A stretch of 64,000 nt of DNA from Psammoneis japonica. Its lineage: Eukaryota. The notes beneath the pieces are model-generated. The model was not told the DNA's origin. It did no database searches and saw only the letters and a program-made list of their open reading frames with translations. Of the stretch, positions 1-11,420 are shown in pieces (position 1 is the first letter of the stretch; the number at the start of each line of letters is the position of its first letter). A program made the position numbers and the translations under genes. The DNA is taken from contig QPGO01000034.1 in assembly GCA_008632985.1 (NCBI GenBank), positions 449,311 to 513,310 of the forward strand, given 5' to 3'.

Positions 1-235
1 CTTGCAGCATACACATGGAAGCGAACAAGCATCAGCTCGCTCTGTGCAGTACCTTGCCTTGAACGCCATCGTTTGTGAAGGTATCTGCTACCAGTCCATC
101 AGCTTTCCGATGCGGGAACAAGGAAAACGAGCAAATGTCATAGGCCAGGCGGGGTAAGAAAAAAAAGCGGGTTAAGTAGTAACAGTAGAAAAGATGATGA
201 TGATGTCCAGCTTGCTCCTCCATCTCGAAACTAGA

Positions 236-3200
236 CTATCGTTTTTTTCGAAACTTCGGCATTTTCTTTGTTCGAGAATCCTCGACATCGCTCTCTTGGT
301 AAAAGTGAGGAGCTATTTCGACTAGCCAGCCCGGTTTAATTGGGGCTACTTGTCGCATGTACTCCTTGGTCGTGAATGCAAGTTCAAAATAAAGTAGCCA
401 TGGAGGCGGATCCTCTTCTTTAGCGAGGACACTCGATGGGTGGATGTACACTGTTCGGTGCTGTTTCACCGTCTGATAATCACCAGACCGACCAAGTTTG
501 GCTGTATTGTAGAAGAATCCAGCAGTGACTGCCTTCAACGTTGCATCTATGTCATCGGGGCTAGACATCGTTTGGTCGACTTCAACACGTTCGCATAGTC
601 CTTCCAACTGTTCTCGAATATCTCGCGCTTTTCGCATGCTACGGAGCTGCACGTAATTTTCAAAACACCACTGAGAGCTGTAGTCTGAGGCAACCCATTC
701 ACTGTAACACCTCAAAAGCGAAATGTGGTCACCGCCACCACCACGTGCAAAGTTCAGTCTAGCAGTATCTGCGTGCACAGCCTTCTCTTTGGGACGATAG
801 AAAACCGAAGCACCCAGTGACAACATCGACACCGTTGACAGCACCTCCGTTACGCACTTGTACTTCTCGGATGCGAGAACGCTCTTGCTTAGCATTGGAT
901 CTAACGGGAATTCAGCCATTCTCCGACCAAGTTTCGTCAATTCACCTCTATCATTCAATGCTCCAAGAGCATAGAGCTGCTCCAATGCACGAATCAAGGC
1001 ATCGGCAGGCGGGCTATCCATAAAGTCGAAGTGCAGCAAATCATTGATCCCAAGACTCTTAAGCATCAGGACAACGTTTCCCATGTTGGTCCTCATGATT
1101 TCGGGAACAGTGTTGGGCTCCAGCTCATGTTGAACGACCACGCCGTAAAAAGCCGAAAGCATTTTCCCGGTTGGGTTCGACCTGCACGCCCAGCTCGCTG
1201 ATTTGCAGCAGCTTGCGAAATCGGCGTCACGACCAGAGATTCCATCCCGGAACGAGCGTTGTAAGATTTTTGCTTGTTAAAGCCCGTGTCAATTACGTAG
1301 CAGATGCCATTGATGGTGAGACTTGTCTCTGCAATCTACGAAGTGAAAAGTTTGACAAGAAACAGGGTGAGAAGAAACTTTTTGCTGTAGAATGAAGAAT
1401 GAATTTCGGTTCTCCCGGTAACTGAAAACTTACATTGGTGCGAGGACGACCTTTCTGGCTCCTTTCGGAGTATCCTCGAAGATTTTTGCCTGCTGTTCCG
1501 ATGGAAGATTAGCGTAGATGGGGCAAACAATTAGCTCCTTGATTCTTGAACCCAGATTTTGAGTGCGCTTGGTCAATATCTCTGCCGCGGTCTCGATTTC
1601 TTCCTGCCCAGTCAAAAAGACAAGAATGTCGCCGTTCAAAGGCTGTGACACATGAATCTGCAGTACTGTCACGACCGACGCGTCGACATAGTCCGCCTCC
1701 GGAGACTTGGTGTAGTAAATATCGACCGGAAACATTCTGCCCGGGATCATGAAAATGCTTGCATCATCGAAATACTTGGAGAACTTTTCTGCATCCAGAG
1801 TTGCACTACTAATGATCACTTTCAGATCATCACGAAATCGGGATATGTCTTTCACTAGTCCGAAAAGAATGTCAGTATGAAGAGTGCGCTCGTGAGCCTC
1901 ATCGATGATAAGCGAGGAGTACGAGGCAAGATCTGGCTCATTGAGGATCTCACGCAGCAACATTCCATCGGTCATGTATTGAATGATGGTCTTTGGGCTT
2001 GTGCAGTTCTCAAATCGAATTGAATATCCTACTTCATGACCCAGCTTTACATTCATCTCGGTCGCCACACGAGCAGCCACACTCATCGCAGCGACTCGTC
2101 TAGGTTGCGTGCATCCAATTTTGCCAAGCTCACTATATCCAATCTCGTGTAGGTACTGCGGAATTTGCGTGGTTTTCCCCTGAAAGGAAGAAACAGAGCA
2201 TAGGAAGAAACGTGAGTTGCACGGAAATCATTTCATTTCATTTCGAACCTCGACCAGAAAGACTTACCGATCCTGTTTCGCCGACAAGCACGAGGACTTG
2301 ATGATCCTTCACAGCGGCCAGAAACTCTTCGCGGTAAGGAAAGACAGGCAACTTCTTCCTTCCTGCCAGTATCTTTTCATGCTTTGTCACTGGGCGAAGC
2401 TCAAGCGCTCTTTCTCCCTTTTCGTCAACTGACATGTCGTCGCTCTTCGTTCTGCTCTTCTTCTTGTTCCTATTATCGTATCCCTTTTTCGTGTCTTGCA
2501 TGACAAAGTCGATCTGATCATCAAAAACTAGATCATATTCCTTCTCCTTCGATTTTTCGGCTTTTTTCTTGGAAGCGATAGAGGCGGCTTTCCTTGTCTG
2601 CGATTCCTCCCAGAGTTCCTGCTCCGTCTTTTCCCCCTTGGTCTCGACGTACCTAGACTTTAGCAGCGCTTGGTCGTGCTCCGCTTTTGTTCCAGCCTTT
2701 TCCTCGTAATCATCCGGAAGGCGATAAAAACCATCATTTTGGTCTTCATCCGCTTCTTGATTCCTATTTCGAGCCATACTCAGAATTTGCTTACCCAATT
2801 CGATTCGTTTTCGCTCCTCCTTGCTTAGTTTGGCCCCTTGGAATAACTCCTCTTCATCCTCCAATTCCTTCTCTAGAAGGGTCAATTCGCGTTCCTCTCT
2901 TTTCTTCAAATATGCTCGTCGACTCTGTTCTCTCAACTTATCCAAGTTGAGAGTTTCACCGGTTTCTTCGTCCACGACAGTTTCTCCTCTCGCCAGTTTC
3001 TGTTCGGTGTCCAGTTGCTTCCGGTGAGCTTCATCGTCCTTTTGTTGTTGTTTCTCTCCAATCGTTTTTGTTCTCGACTTATCTCGTTCCGCCATGCGTG
3101 TGACAAATTCATCTCTCTCCTTAATATCTCGTTCGCGGTCTAATTCAGCTTGTTCCTCTGCAGACAAGGCTGATGTTTCTCGCTCCTCGCCGCCTCGACT

Positions 3201-3700
3201 TCTTCGCCGGCGATAATCATGTGAGGACCGCACCGCTGTAGTATCGTCCTCATCTTCGCTACTATCACTATGTTGTTTTCTCCTTCGTTTCTTTCTTTCC
3301 TTTACGCGTTCTTTCTTATCTGACTTACCAGAGGTTGTTGATGTGGTCACGACTGAGAAACCAGACGGAGCAACATTGTCAGCTTCGTAGTCATCATTGA
3401 CGAGACGGTACTTGGCTGCCTTTTTAAGCATATCAGCGTTTTGACACGTTTTGACGACGAGGCGGTTTTTGAAGACGCCGGTCGACATTTGGAATGCAAC
3501 TCCCGTGCGAATCGCTCCAGAGCTTCTTGACCTCCCAGTGGCTCAACGCCCCCGTCTCGCAGTACTTTCACAACGTCTTGCGGTGTGCTTCCCGATTTCC
3601 CAGCCAAAGATGTCAGATACGAAGCCAATGCCGAGTCTGCAAACCCAATTAATTCATGGAGGGCGTCTGAACACCATGTGCGAGCAGTCTGGGACGCCAT
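236..3700 (-). CDS. DHX16: DEAH-box pre-mRNA splicing helicase, Prp2/DHX16-like (multi-exon; several single-base frameshifts in this sequence)
   Basis: GETGS|GKTTQIP spans intron 2267..2180. Also DEAH (IIDEAHERT), [19 protein letters not shown] and HA2/OB-fold C-terminus ([14 protein letters not shown]). A second intron lies at ~1432..1336. Confidence 0.93.
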
Positions 3701-3946
3701 GGTCGTTTTGCCTAATCTTTGCTAGCACTAACTCTCTAGTAATCGTTGAGGTTGATTATGGTTGATTGCTGCAAAGCAAGGCGTCTCAGGTCTCAGCGGT
3801 CGCGCAACAGAGCGCGCGAGAAGGAAGAGGCGGAGAGCGGGACGAAGCAAGAAGCAAAGCAGCAGCCAGCAACACCATGACCTCCTGATGAGCGGCGGCA
3901 GCAAACGAGAACTAAGACGACGACGTACGAACAGAAGACCGGAGAC

Positions 3947-4300
3947 ATGGTGAGAAAAATTTTCATTGCGCTAGTGAACAGAGGCACTTCGAGACGATAT
4001 GTTACTGTAGGAGTCCGGGGATTCGCCTCGACGCACGACGAAGGTCGGCCACCCAGCACTTCAGCGAGTGATTGGCGTAAGCATGAACTCAAAAAGCTAT
4101 CCAACAAGTTCAAGGAGCCACTCAAAATCGAGTCTGACGATGAGCTTCAACCAACATGGAAGGATATGGAAAGTCGTGTTACTAAGAGACGCACGCAGAC
4201 TCTGGCAGAACGTGGCAAGAGTGGCAGACACAACATTCGAGCGACTGACGAAGAGAAATGGCTGCACGCTGGTCTTTATGAAGAGGAAGACGAACCTTAA
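3947..4300 (+). CDS. Small hypothetical protein, possibly mitochondrial
   Basis: 117-aa ATG ORF divergent from DHX16, with an Arg-rich, acid-free N-terminus (RGFAS) resembling a presequence. Confidence 0.6.
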   Translation: MVRKIFIALVNRGTSRRYVTVGVRGFASTHDEGRPPSTSASDWRKHELKKLSNKFKEPLKIESDDELQPTWKDMESRVTKRRTQTLAERGKSGRHNIRATDEEKWLHAGLYEEEDEP

Positions 4301-4563
4301 AATGACTCAAACGTTTAAACGATTCATTGGTACATGACGAGAGTGCGCAGCGAAATCTTGTCGCTATTCCGTATTACGTACCGTAGTAGAAACGCTCAGA
4401 AGAAATTGGAAAAGTTCCTCAGAACTCCGAAATCGAGAACGCGGTGCTGCCAACCACCACTCAATCGGAATAGTATCTTCATTTGGATAAATTCTAGCCA
4501 TGTGCTGCTTTTTTAAATTTTAACTCCCTTTGACTTTATCCTTTCGAGAGGGTCATTCATACT

Positions 4564-5768
4564 TTATGATTCCATTTGGAAACAGCTATCATTCTCGTCT
4601 TTGCCGTCGTGCCATTTTCGCATCCCTCCAGAGCTAGGACATCGCGACAAACAAGGAGTGTTCTTGGCATCGAATTCAGTCGTTTCCGTCGGCGTCAAGC
4701 CAAACGAAAACTGACACTCATAAGTTTCGTAATCGGGTGTCATTGTAAGAGGCAATCCCATGTTCTCCATAAAAAAGTTTTGCTGAGACAATGTAAGGTA
4801 CATAGGGAAACAAGAGTGATGGACAAACTACGTCGAGATCAGCGACTTACCGTGGGAACCTTACAGGAGTTTACACAAACAGATGCACAAGAACTCTCTT
4901 CCAAAAAGCGACACCGTTTGACCAGCAAGCCCTGGTTTTTTCCGATGACCTTCCCGTCCAAGTCCACCACGTCATTGATTTCGCATTCTCCCATTAGCCA
5001 TGTTCCCGCCATCTTGGTTGCCCACGCGTTCATTCGTGACGAAAACTAAGCATGTAGGAACAATGCAACGTAAACGGGTGAGAATCCATGAGTTAGGAGA
5101 GAGGAAATGTACAAAATTACATTCATGCGTACCGCAGGGAAAGGCTTGAGAATAGAACTTTGTACTGTGGTGGCATCCATGACGGAAAGAGCGAAACTGC
5201 CATTCAAAAACGAAGAGGAGGGAAGTAAGTGTGAGAAAAACTAAGCAGACGCTGCTAGTGCAACGATGCCTTCCAACTTCCACCTACCAAGTACGGATTG
5301 GGCAATTCGTTGTACCTCCGTTCGATCAGAGAAACGTGAATTCATTGCCAAAGTAAGATCGATTAGGCCCTGATAGTCCTCCTATGTACAAAAGCAGAAA
5401 GATCGAGTTAATTCAATCGAATCTAATGTATGGTGCGATGCCGATTGTGGTCGTACCTCGGGCAAATCGGAATCAAATCCAACATTTTCTGCCATTTTCG
5501 CTCGGAAAAGCTTCATGAAAACGTCATCCATTTTCTTTCCTAGAGGTCCGTGGATGTTCTCATAATCTGGCTTTGTTTCCAAAGGAGGTCCGTCAACGAA
5601 TGCAGCACCCAAAAAATGAGCGTCTCGTAAAGTTTTACGGGAGGCGGAGCATCTAGAGAAACTTTCAACAGAAAAAGCACAATGTTGCATGAAGAGGAGA
5701 ACAATTTGAATTAACCTAGCTTTTGAACAAACGCCCAAGTGCTGTTTCCTCAAGCAGTCATTCATCAT
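4564..5768 (-). CDS. Beta-carotene isomerase D27-like (DUF4033) protein, multi-exon, probably plastid-targeted
   Basis: Exon pieces WLMGEC, LVKRCRFLEESSCASVCVNSCKVPT and QNFFMENMGLPLTMTPDYETYECQFSFG match the D27 family. The N-terminus is a signal peptide-like stretch followed by ESF. Confidence 0.85.
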
Positions 5769-5952
5769 GGTTCAATTCCTCTTCTTCTGAATGAACGCAT
5801 TGCATGATGGATGATGCATGATGCGTGTCGATCGGCAGTCGGCAGTCGGCAGTCTTGCAGTTTCCGGGTTGCGAATTTCCGAATTCCACGTAGAATTCCA
5901 CGGGTCGCCCGGCCGCCCGCCCGCGCATGCATACAATAGCATAGCATAGCTA

Positions 5953-8171
5953 CACCCCTGTGGTAGGGGAGAATATGGTGATGTCATGGTTACGTGGCAG
6001 TTTATATCTTATTCATTATATTTTTATATAAATGTCCTCACATTTATTTATGCATTTGTACACAAATGCTAATAGTAGCAGGAAAAATCCTGAACCATAT
6101 TCTCCCCTAAAACTCTAACCACCAAAAACCGAGGGGTCGGAAGCGCACTTTTGGGAGCTCTTTTTCTCCGCACAAAAAACACGCGTTTCGTCGACTCGAC
6201 CATGACGACCTCCCGTTCTTCGTCCCCCACACCACCTGACATATCCCCGCCTGCCATGTCTGATGCGGCAGTCCCTCCTGCAATGGCCGGCACCATCACA
6301 CCCGCTGTCGTTACCCAAACACAGCCGATTTGCCATCCGGAGGATTTGGGGTTCTGTTCGCCAGATCCTGTGCCTGAAACACAAACACAGCGCCGTGATT
6401 GGTCTACTCCTGTCATTGCATCCCCGGAAAAACTGGATTCTCGTTTGCACCGCCGTGTTGTGGAAGGCACTGATGAGCCTTCTCTCAAACGGTCTGGGGT
6501 GCAGCTCCGAAACCAGGTCAAAAAACAAAAGCAACAAACCGACGTCAAGGTTCAGTGGGCGTGGCAGAGGAGCATCTATGACAGGAGGTGTGGTGACAAC
6601 CTTTCTCAGGATGATTGTTCCCAAGCAGAACCTTGTCCATCTGGAGGTGATTGAGACTCACCCAGAGCCCAGCGGAACCAATCGGAGCCAACAACAAGTG
6701 TCAAGATGAACCGCAGCAGCAACATGTGAAGGAGGATGCAGCCAATGGAGTGCGGGCAGAGAAGGTGCCGGCATGCAAAGTGGCAGCATGGCTGTCGACA
6801 AGGCACCAGTTTTGAAGGTCCAACAGTGACAAACACAGTGAGCATTTGCCAAAAGCACGTTGCTGCCTGCCTCCATTTTAGCAACATGCAAAAACAGCAT
6901 GTTGTGCATCACATGCAGAATTCAAACGGCGAGAGTGGCCTCTTATGGAATTGTGCACAATGACCTGGTCCTGGAAAACAGAGCAGTGTCCAAGTCACAT
7001 GCACCATTTGAAACCTTGCCAAGTCGCCTGCAAACAAATGCCAATTCGCTGACCTCTCCAACTTGAAACTAAAAAACTGTGAAAGCATGCCTGCCATCTG
7101 GTTGTTGTCAGGTTTCTAATTTACAGAGAGCTGCGTGCTGTGCCTGCATGTTCTAAAGATTAGACTGCACTCGAGAGCCAACCAAGAGGCGCCACTCATG
7201 TCCATTGATGTGTCGTCCATCAGCAGGCCGTGGTTGCGTGGGTTTCCTGGTCCGCCGTCATCCGTCATCCATTGTGTTCCTTCCAAAGCAAAAACAATGA
7301 CAGTGTCAACAGCAACTGCAGCAGTGAGGGTGGGATTGACAGTGTCGGGCATGCCAGGGGGCCGAAACGCAGGCACGGCGTTGGAATTCGTGATGGCATC
7401 TGTGGGAGGCGGTGGGGCGAGAATGAAAGAAGTGCGAGTTACAAGCATTTCGTTGTGGACGTCATTGGCAAAAGACAATGACAGTGTCAACAGTGCCTGC
7501 GGCAGCAAGGGCAGGAGCAACAGCATCGGGCATGCCAGGGGGCCGAAACGCAGGCACGGCGTTGGAATTCGTGACAGTGTCTGTGGGAGGCGGTGGGGCG
7601 AGAATGAAAGAAGTGTGAGTTGTTGGCATTTCATTGTGGACGTCATTGGCAAAATGCAACAACAGCATCAACAGCACCTGCGGCAGCAAGGGTGGGAGCA
7701 ACAGCATCGGGCATGCCAGGGGGCCGAAACGCAGGTGCGGCGTTGGAATTCGTGACAGCATCTGTGGGAGGCGGTGGAGCGTGCAAACAACAGTGTGAGT
7801 TTGTAGCATCTTATTTTGCACGTGTCACACCCACGAGAACCGGAATGATGACATTGCCTGTTGCATCAGTGTTGTTGGCAACGGCGTCAGTAGGATCGGC
7901 GTCCTGGGAAGGCGATGGGGAAGAACCACGAGGCATCATCATGGTCGAGTCGACGAAACGCGTGTTTTTTGTGCGGAGAAAAAGAGCTCCCGAAAGTGCG
8001 CTTCCGACCCCTCGGTTTTTGGTGGTTAGAGTTTTAGGGGAGCTGTGGAATAGGAATTTTTACTTATTGAATATACACATACGTGTGGATATTAACATTA
8101 AAACTCAACGCACGGCGAAGCCGTGCGCGCACAACCACGCACACACACACAGCTCCCCTACCACAGGGGTG
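5953..8171. mobile_element. Non-autonomous TIR DNA transposon (Mutator/MULE-like by TSD length)
   Basis: Perfect 19-bp TIR CACCCCTGTGGTAGGGGAG (5953-5971 / 8153-8171). Exact 10-bp TSD AGCATAGCTA (5943-5952 / 8172-8181). Inner ~105-bp inverted repeat 6102-6205 / 7939-8042. No transposase seen. Confidence 0.9.
7290..7810. repeat. 181-bp tandem repeat, ~3 copies, inside the TIR element
   Basis: GCATGCCAGGGGGCCGAAACGCAGG recurs at 7349, 7530 and 7711. Confidence 0.9.
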
Positions 8172-8278
8172 AGCATAGCTAGGCTACAGTCTACAGTAGC
8201 ATCGTAGGAAATCCGCGGTCTTTCTGTCGTCCGCTTGGAGGGAGAGAATCGAAAATCAAAAATATCGCATATACATAC

Positions 8279-8282
<4 letters not shown>

Positions 8283-8313
<31 letters not shown>
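8283..8313. repeat. (AT)n microsatellite
   Basis: Pure AT dinucleotide run just upstream of the methyltransferase ORF. Confidence 0.95.
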
Positions 8314-8314
<1 letters not shown>

Positions 8315-8337
8315 GCAGGAAGCGTGACGACGACACC

Positions 8338-9450
8338 ATGATCACGACGACCATTCGGCATGATGATTCTTCTGATTGCACAAACAACACGGCCGGGACA
8401 ATGGAGCGAAGCGAAAGCCGAACCGAGGATGATATGACCCGTCTACGCTCGCAGCTCGAATGCCTTCCTGTTTGGAGTAGGAATAGAGAGCTCTGTCATC
8501 GAGCACTGCGAACAATGGAAAAGTGGCAGCGAGAATTTGATGCTTCAACATGGAAGCGCATTCGAAAGCGGGCTGCAAAGGAATTCAATGAGGTTGAACC
8601 CTGCATTACGCATACACTGGGTTATATTTCTGAAGAAAGGGCAGAAAAACTTACCGTCGTGGACCTTTGCTCAGGATTTGGAATATTAAGCATGTTTTTG
8701 GCTGAGCTTCTCCCTCCGACGACGGTGGAACAAATTTGGCTCATCGACAAGATGTGGCCGTGTTCAGATGCCAAACCTTCGACCGACTTAATTGATACAC
8801 GTCATATCAATGGGAAGACCTGGCCAATTTCCTTACGTATTCGAAAAGCAAATATCAAGAAGAGTAGAGAAGCCAAGCAGATACACCAATACGTTCTTGA
8901 CAGAGCTCCCGGTAGAGTTGTACTACTCGGGGTTCATTTATGCAAGGCACTCAGTGTCCATGCTATCAAGATATACGAAAGCAACGATAAGATCAAGTCG
9001 TTCTTACTGAAACCGTGCTGTTTGCCTGGGAAACAGATGTCCCGGCAAAAGAAACCCATTGTGTGGAAGTTCAAGAACGGGTATTGCTTTAGTCCAAAAA
9101 ATGTCTACGAATCTTGCTGTGACGAAAATAATCAAGACTGCGCTGAAAAAATTGAAGTCAATGATTCAGTAGATCAGTTGACGACAGTGACTGATTCTGC
9201 TGAAGCAACGAATGAATTCGATGATTTTGAATCATGTAAGCATACGAATCACTCGGGAAGTAGGTGTTCCAACAAACGATTTTCTCGTTGGGTTTTTCAC
9301 TTGGCAAAAGCTTGCGAAGGCGAATATTCTTTTGTGCGGGTGGCTAACATTCGTACGAGCCAGCAATATTTTCAGAACCAGTACATATTTGCAGAGAGAG
9401 TGTCCCCTCACCCCGAATCATCCTCGAAGCCAGTATGCAAAGACATCTGA
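8338..9450 (+). CDS. Class I SAM-dependent methyltransferase-like protein (Methyltransf_32-like)
   Basis: Motif I VVDLCSGFG, plus LGVHLC and LKPCC motifs; 370-aa ORF. Confidence 0.75.
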   Translation: MITTTIRHDDSSDCTNNTAGTMERSESRTEDDMTRLRSQLECLPVWSRNRELCHRALRTMEKWQREFDASTWKRIRKRAAKEFNEVEPCITHTLGYISEERAEKLTVVDLCSGFGILSMFLAELLPPTTVEQIWLIDKMWPCSDAKPSTDLIDTRHINGKTWPISLRIRKANIKKSREAKQIHQYVLDRAPGRVVLLGVHLCKALSVHAIKIYESNDKIKSFLLKPCCLPGKQMSRQKKPIVWKFKNGYCFSPKNVYESCCDENNQDCAEKIEVNDSVDQLTTVTDSAEATNEFDDFESCKHTNHSGSRCSNKRFSRWVFHLAKACEGEYSFVRVANIRTSQQYFQNQYIFAERVSPHPESSSKPVCKDI

Positions 9451-9497
9451 ATGTTTCTTGACGACAATAATGGACGTCTTTATTTAGCCATGATGCA

Positions 9498-10178
9498 TTA
9501 TATCGACCACAGTGTCTGACACTGACGAGTCACTTTCTGTTCTACCGCAAGTCTCCAGAAAGCAATAACAGCGGGGCTGGCACGGGAGGCCGCTTGAAAA
9601 CATTTCAACAATGTTTCCAGTGAAGTTGACGCTCCCATGGTCTGGCATCCTATTATTTGTTCTTGATTGATGTTGTCATTGACTACGATAATGATAGCCA
9701 CATCATCTTCTTTTTCTTCTTCGGTAGTTGGGTCCAACATTAGAGCCCCGGACTTGACAAGGCATGTCGTTGCAACAGGTAGACTATTTAAGCAAATCCC
9801 TCCATCAATAAGGGCAGCAACTGCAGCATGAAGGCAACACGAAAGAACGGCTCCATCCGCTTGAATGATCTGAAGTATCACCTGGATTACTGTTCTAGGA
9901 TACTGCTTCAAATCGACACAAGCCATCAAAACCTTTGATAGAAAAGCCTCCCATTCTCGTTCAAACGTCACTCCTTCCCCTGATTTGCACAGAACGGTCA
10001 CAACCGATTCGGATTCTTCCCTGGCAGTTTGTCTAGGTGCTATAGGTCCATATACGGCAGCTAGAACATGGGTTGAACCTGCCTTCCAAAGGGCGGAACC
10101 GTCAGCACGTTGTAAACACGACATTTCACAAGCAAGCGGGCGCAATGTTCCATCACCCGAACGACCGTCGGCACGCAT
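9498..10178 (-). CDS. EXOSC5: Exosome complex component RRP46 (RNase PH fold)
   Basis: RADGR...LRPL, RADGSA, VLAAVYGP, YPRTVIQV and LDPT motifs. Confidence 0.9.
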   Translation of the reverse strand: MRADGRSGDGTLRPLACEMSCLQRADGSALWKAGSTHVLAAVYGPIAPRQTAREESESVVTVLCKSGEGVTFEREWEAFLSKVLMACVDLKQYPRTVIQVILQIIQADGAVLSCCLHAAVAALIDGGICLNSLPVATTCLVKSGALMLDPTTEEEKEDDVAIIIVVNDNINQEQIIGCQTMGASTSLETLLKCFQAASRASPAVIAFWRLAVEQKVTRQCQTLWSI

Positions 10179-11420
10179 TTTTCTTCTCTCCGAAGATTTT
10201 ACAATGTCTTCTTTCTGTATTCGATTTCAACTTTCCCTGTAGAAACCTTCGTAATACCGGGTGTTGTCTGGTCTGTTGGTATGCGAGAGATGCCGTCGTC
10301 CATTGTAGGTAGGGCCCTACTCCTACGGTATCATTCTCTTCCCGCCTCGAGAACAAAACAAAAAGGATCGGATGGCACCTGGCACCCAGTAGTTTCAGCC
10401 TTCCTTCCAACGCTTCATCCTCTAACTCAAGACCCACGTAGAAGCTACGAAATCGTCTGGTACAACAAACATTCCATTCAACCGGTTGAGTAGAATATTC
10501 AGATTCCATTATTCCTCCTCCCCACGTAGGACAGGCGGAAATTTGATTTTCCCACTATCCCTCTTGTTTTCGCCATTTTTTGAGTATTTTAGAATTTGTT
10601 TTGCAAAATTAACAAGATTTATTGAAAAGATCACAAACGGCTTGTCCGCGAGTTCTGCGCATCATCGTGCAAACAACGCCGACAATGGCCGAAATGCCGT
10701 TCATTCTCGAAAACTGAACGTGGGGGCTGGAAAATTTCGTCGTAAGTTCATCGATTTTGATGTGAACAATGAACTTGGGCCTCATGATGAAATTTGCCAG
10801 CCTCGATGTTCAATTTTCGAGAATGAACGGCATTTCGGCCATTGTCGTGTTGTTTCAAGATTTTTCCAGAATCGCCGCATAAATGCAGAAATCAAATCAT
10901 ACCGTACTCTAGCCGATAGATTTCGCAGATGCTGTGGGTCGTCGGAAGACGGACAAACTCCGACTCTTTTTTTCCCCTACACACAAGAACGTCGTGACTT
11001 TCGCCTTGCAACGTAGTCCTAGCTCTAGAGTAGCTAGTAGTAGAGAGCGAGAGTAGAGCAGGAATGTAGGGCCTTAAGTAGAAAAGATGATTCATACGTT
11101 TAGTCTAGCCATCGAAACTTTTCTGGGGAGTGCGGTACTGTTTGTTCGGAAAGGAGGCTACTGTAATTCATTATTTGCACGGAGTGGAGGTCGTCGCTGC
11201 GCTCTCTGTTGAGTGTACCGGTACCTACTAGCATCTAACGTGGCTGAAGAGAACAGAGCTCTCTCTACTCCGAGAAAACAGGGCTCTCTTTAGAGTCTCT
11301 AGATGGTAGAGTCACCGGACTCAGATAACTAGCAGTAGTTAGTAGAGACTATGTCCAACATAAGAGCGACTTCAAGTAATTTCAAAAGCATGCCGGTAGC
11401 TTGTATTACGCATTGCGCGT

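Noticed and set aside
6069..8207. ORFs inside the TIR element sharing the peptide MVESTKRVFFVRRKRAP
   Set aside because: The shared peptide is just the inverted repeat read from each side; no transposase motifs.
10430..11016. MITE-like spacer / 176-aa ORF
   Set aside because: No TIR or TSD found; the ORF has a non-ATG start and no recognisable motif.
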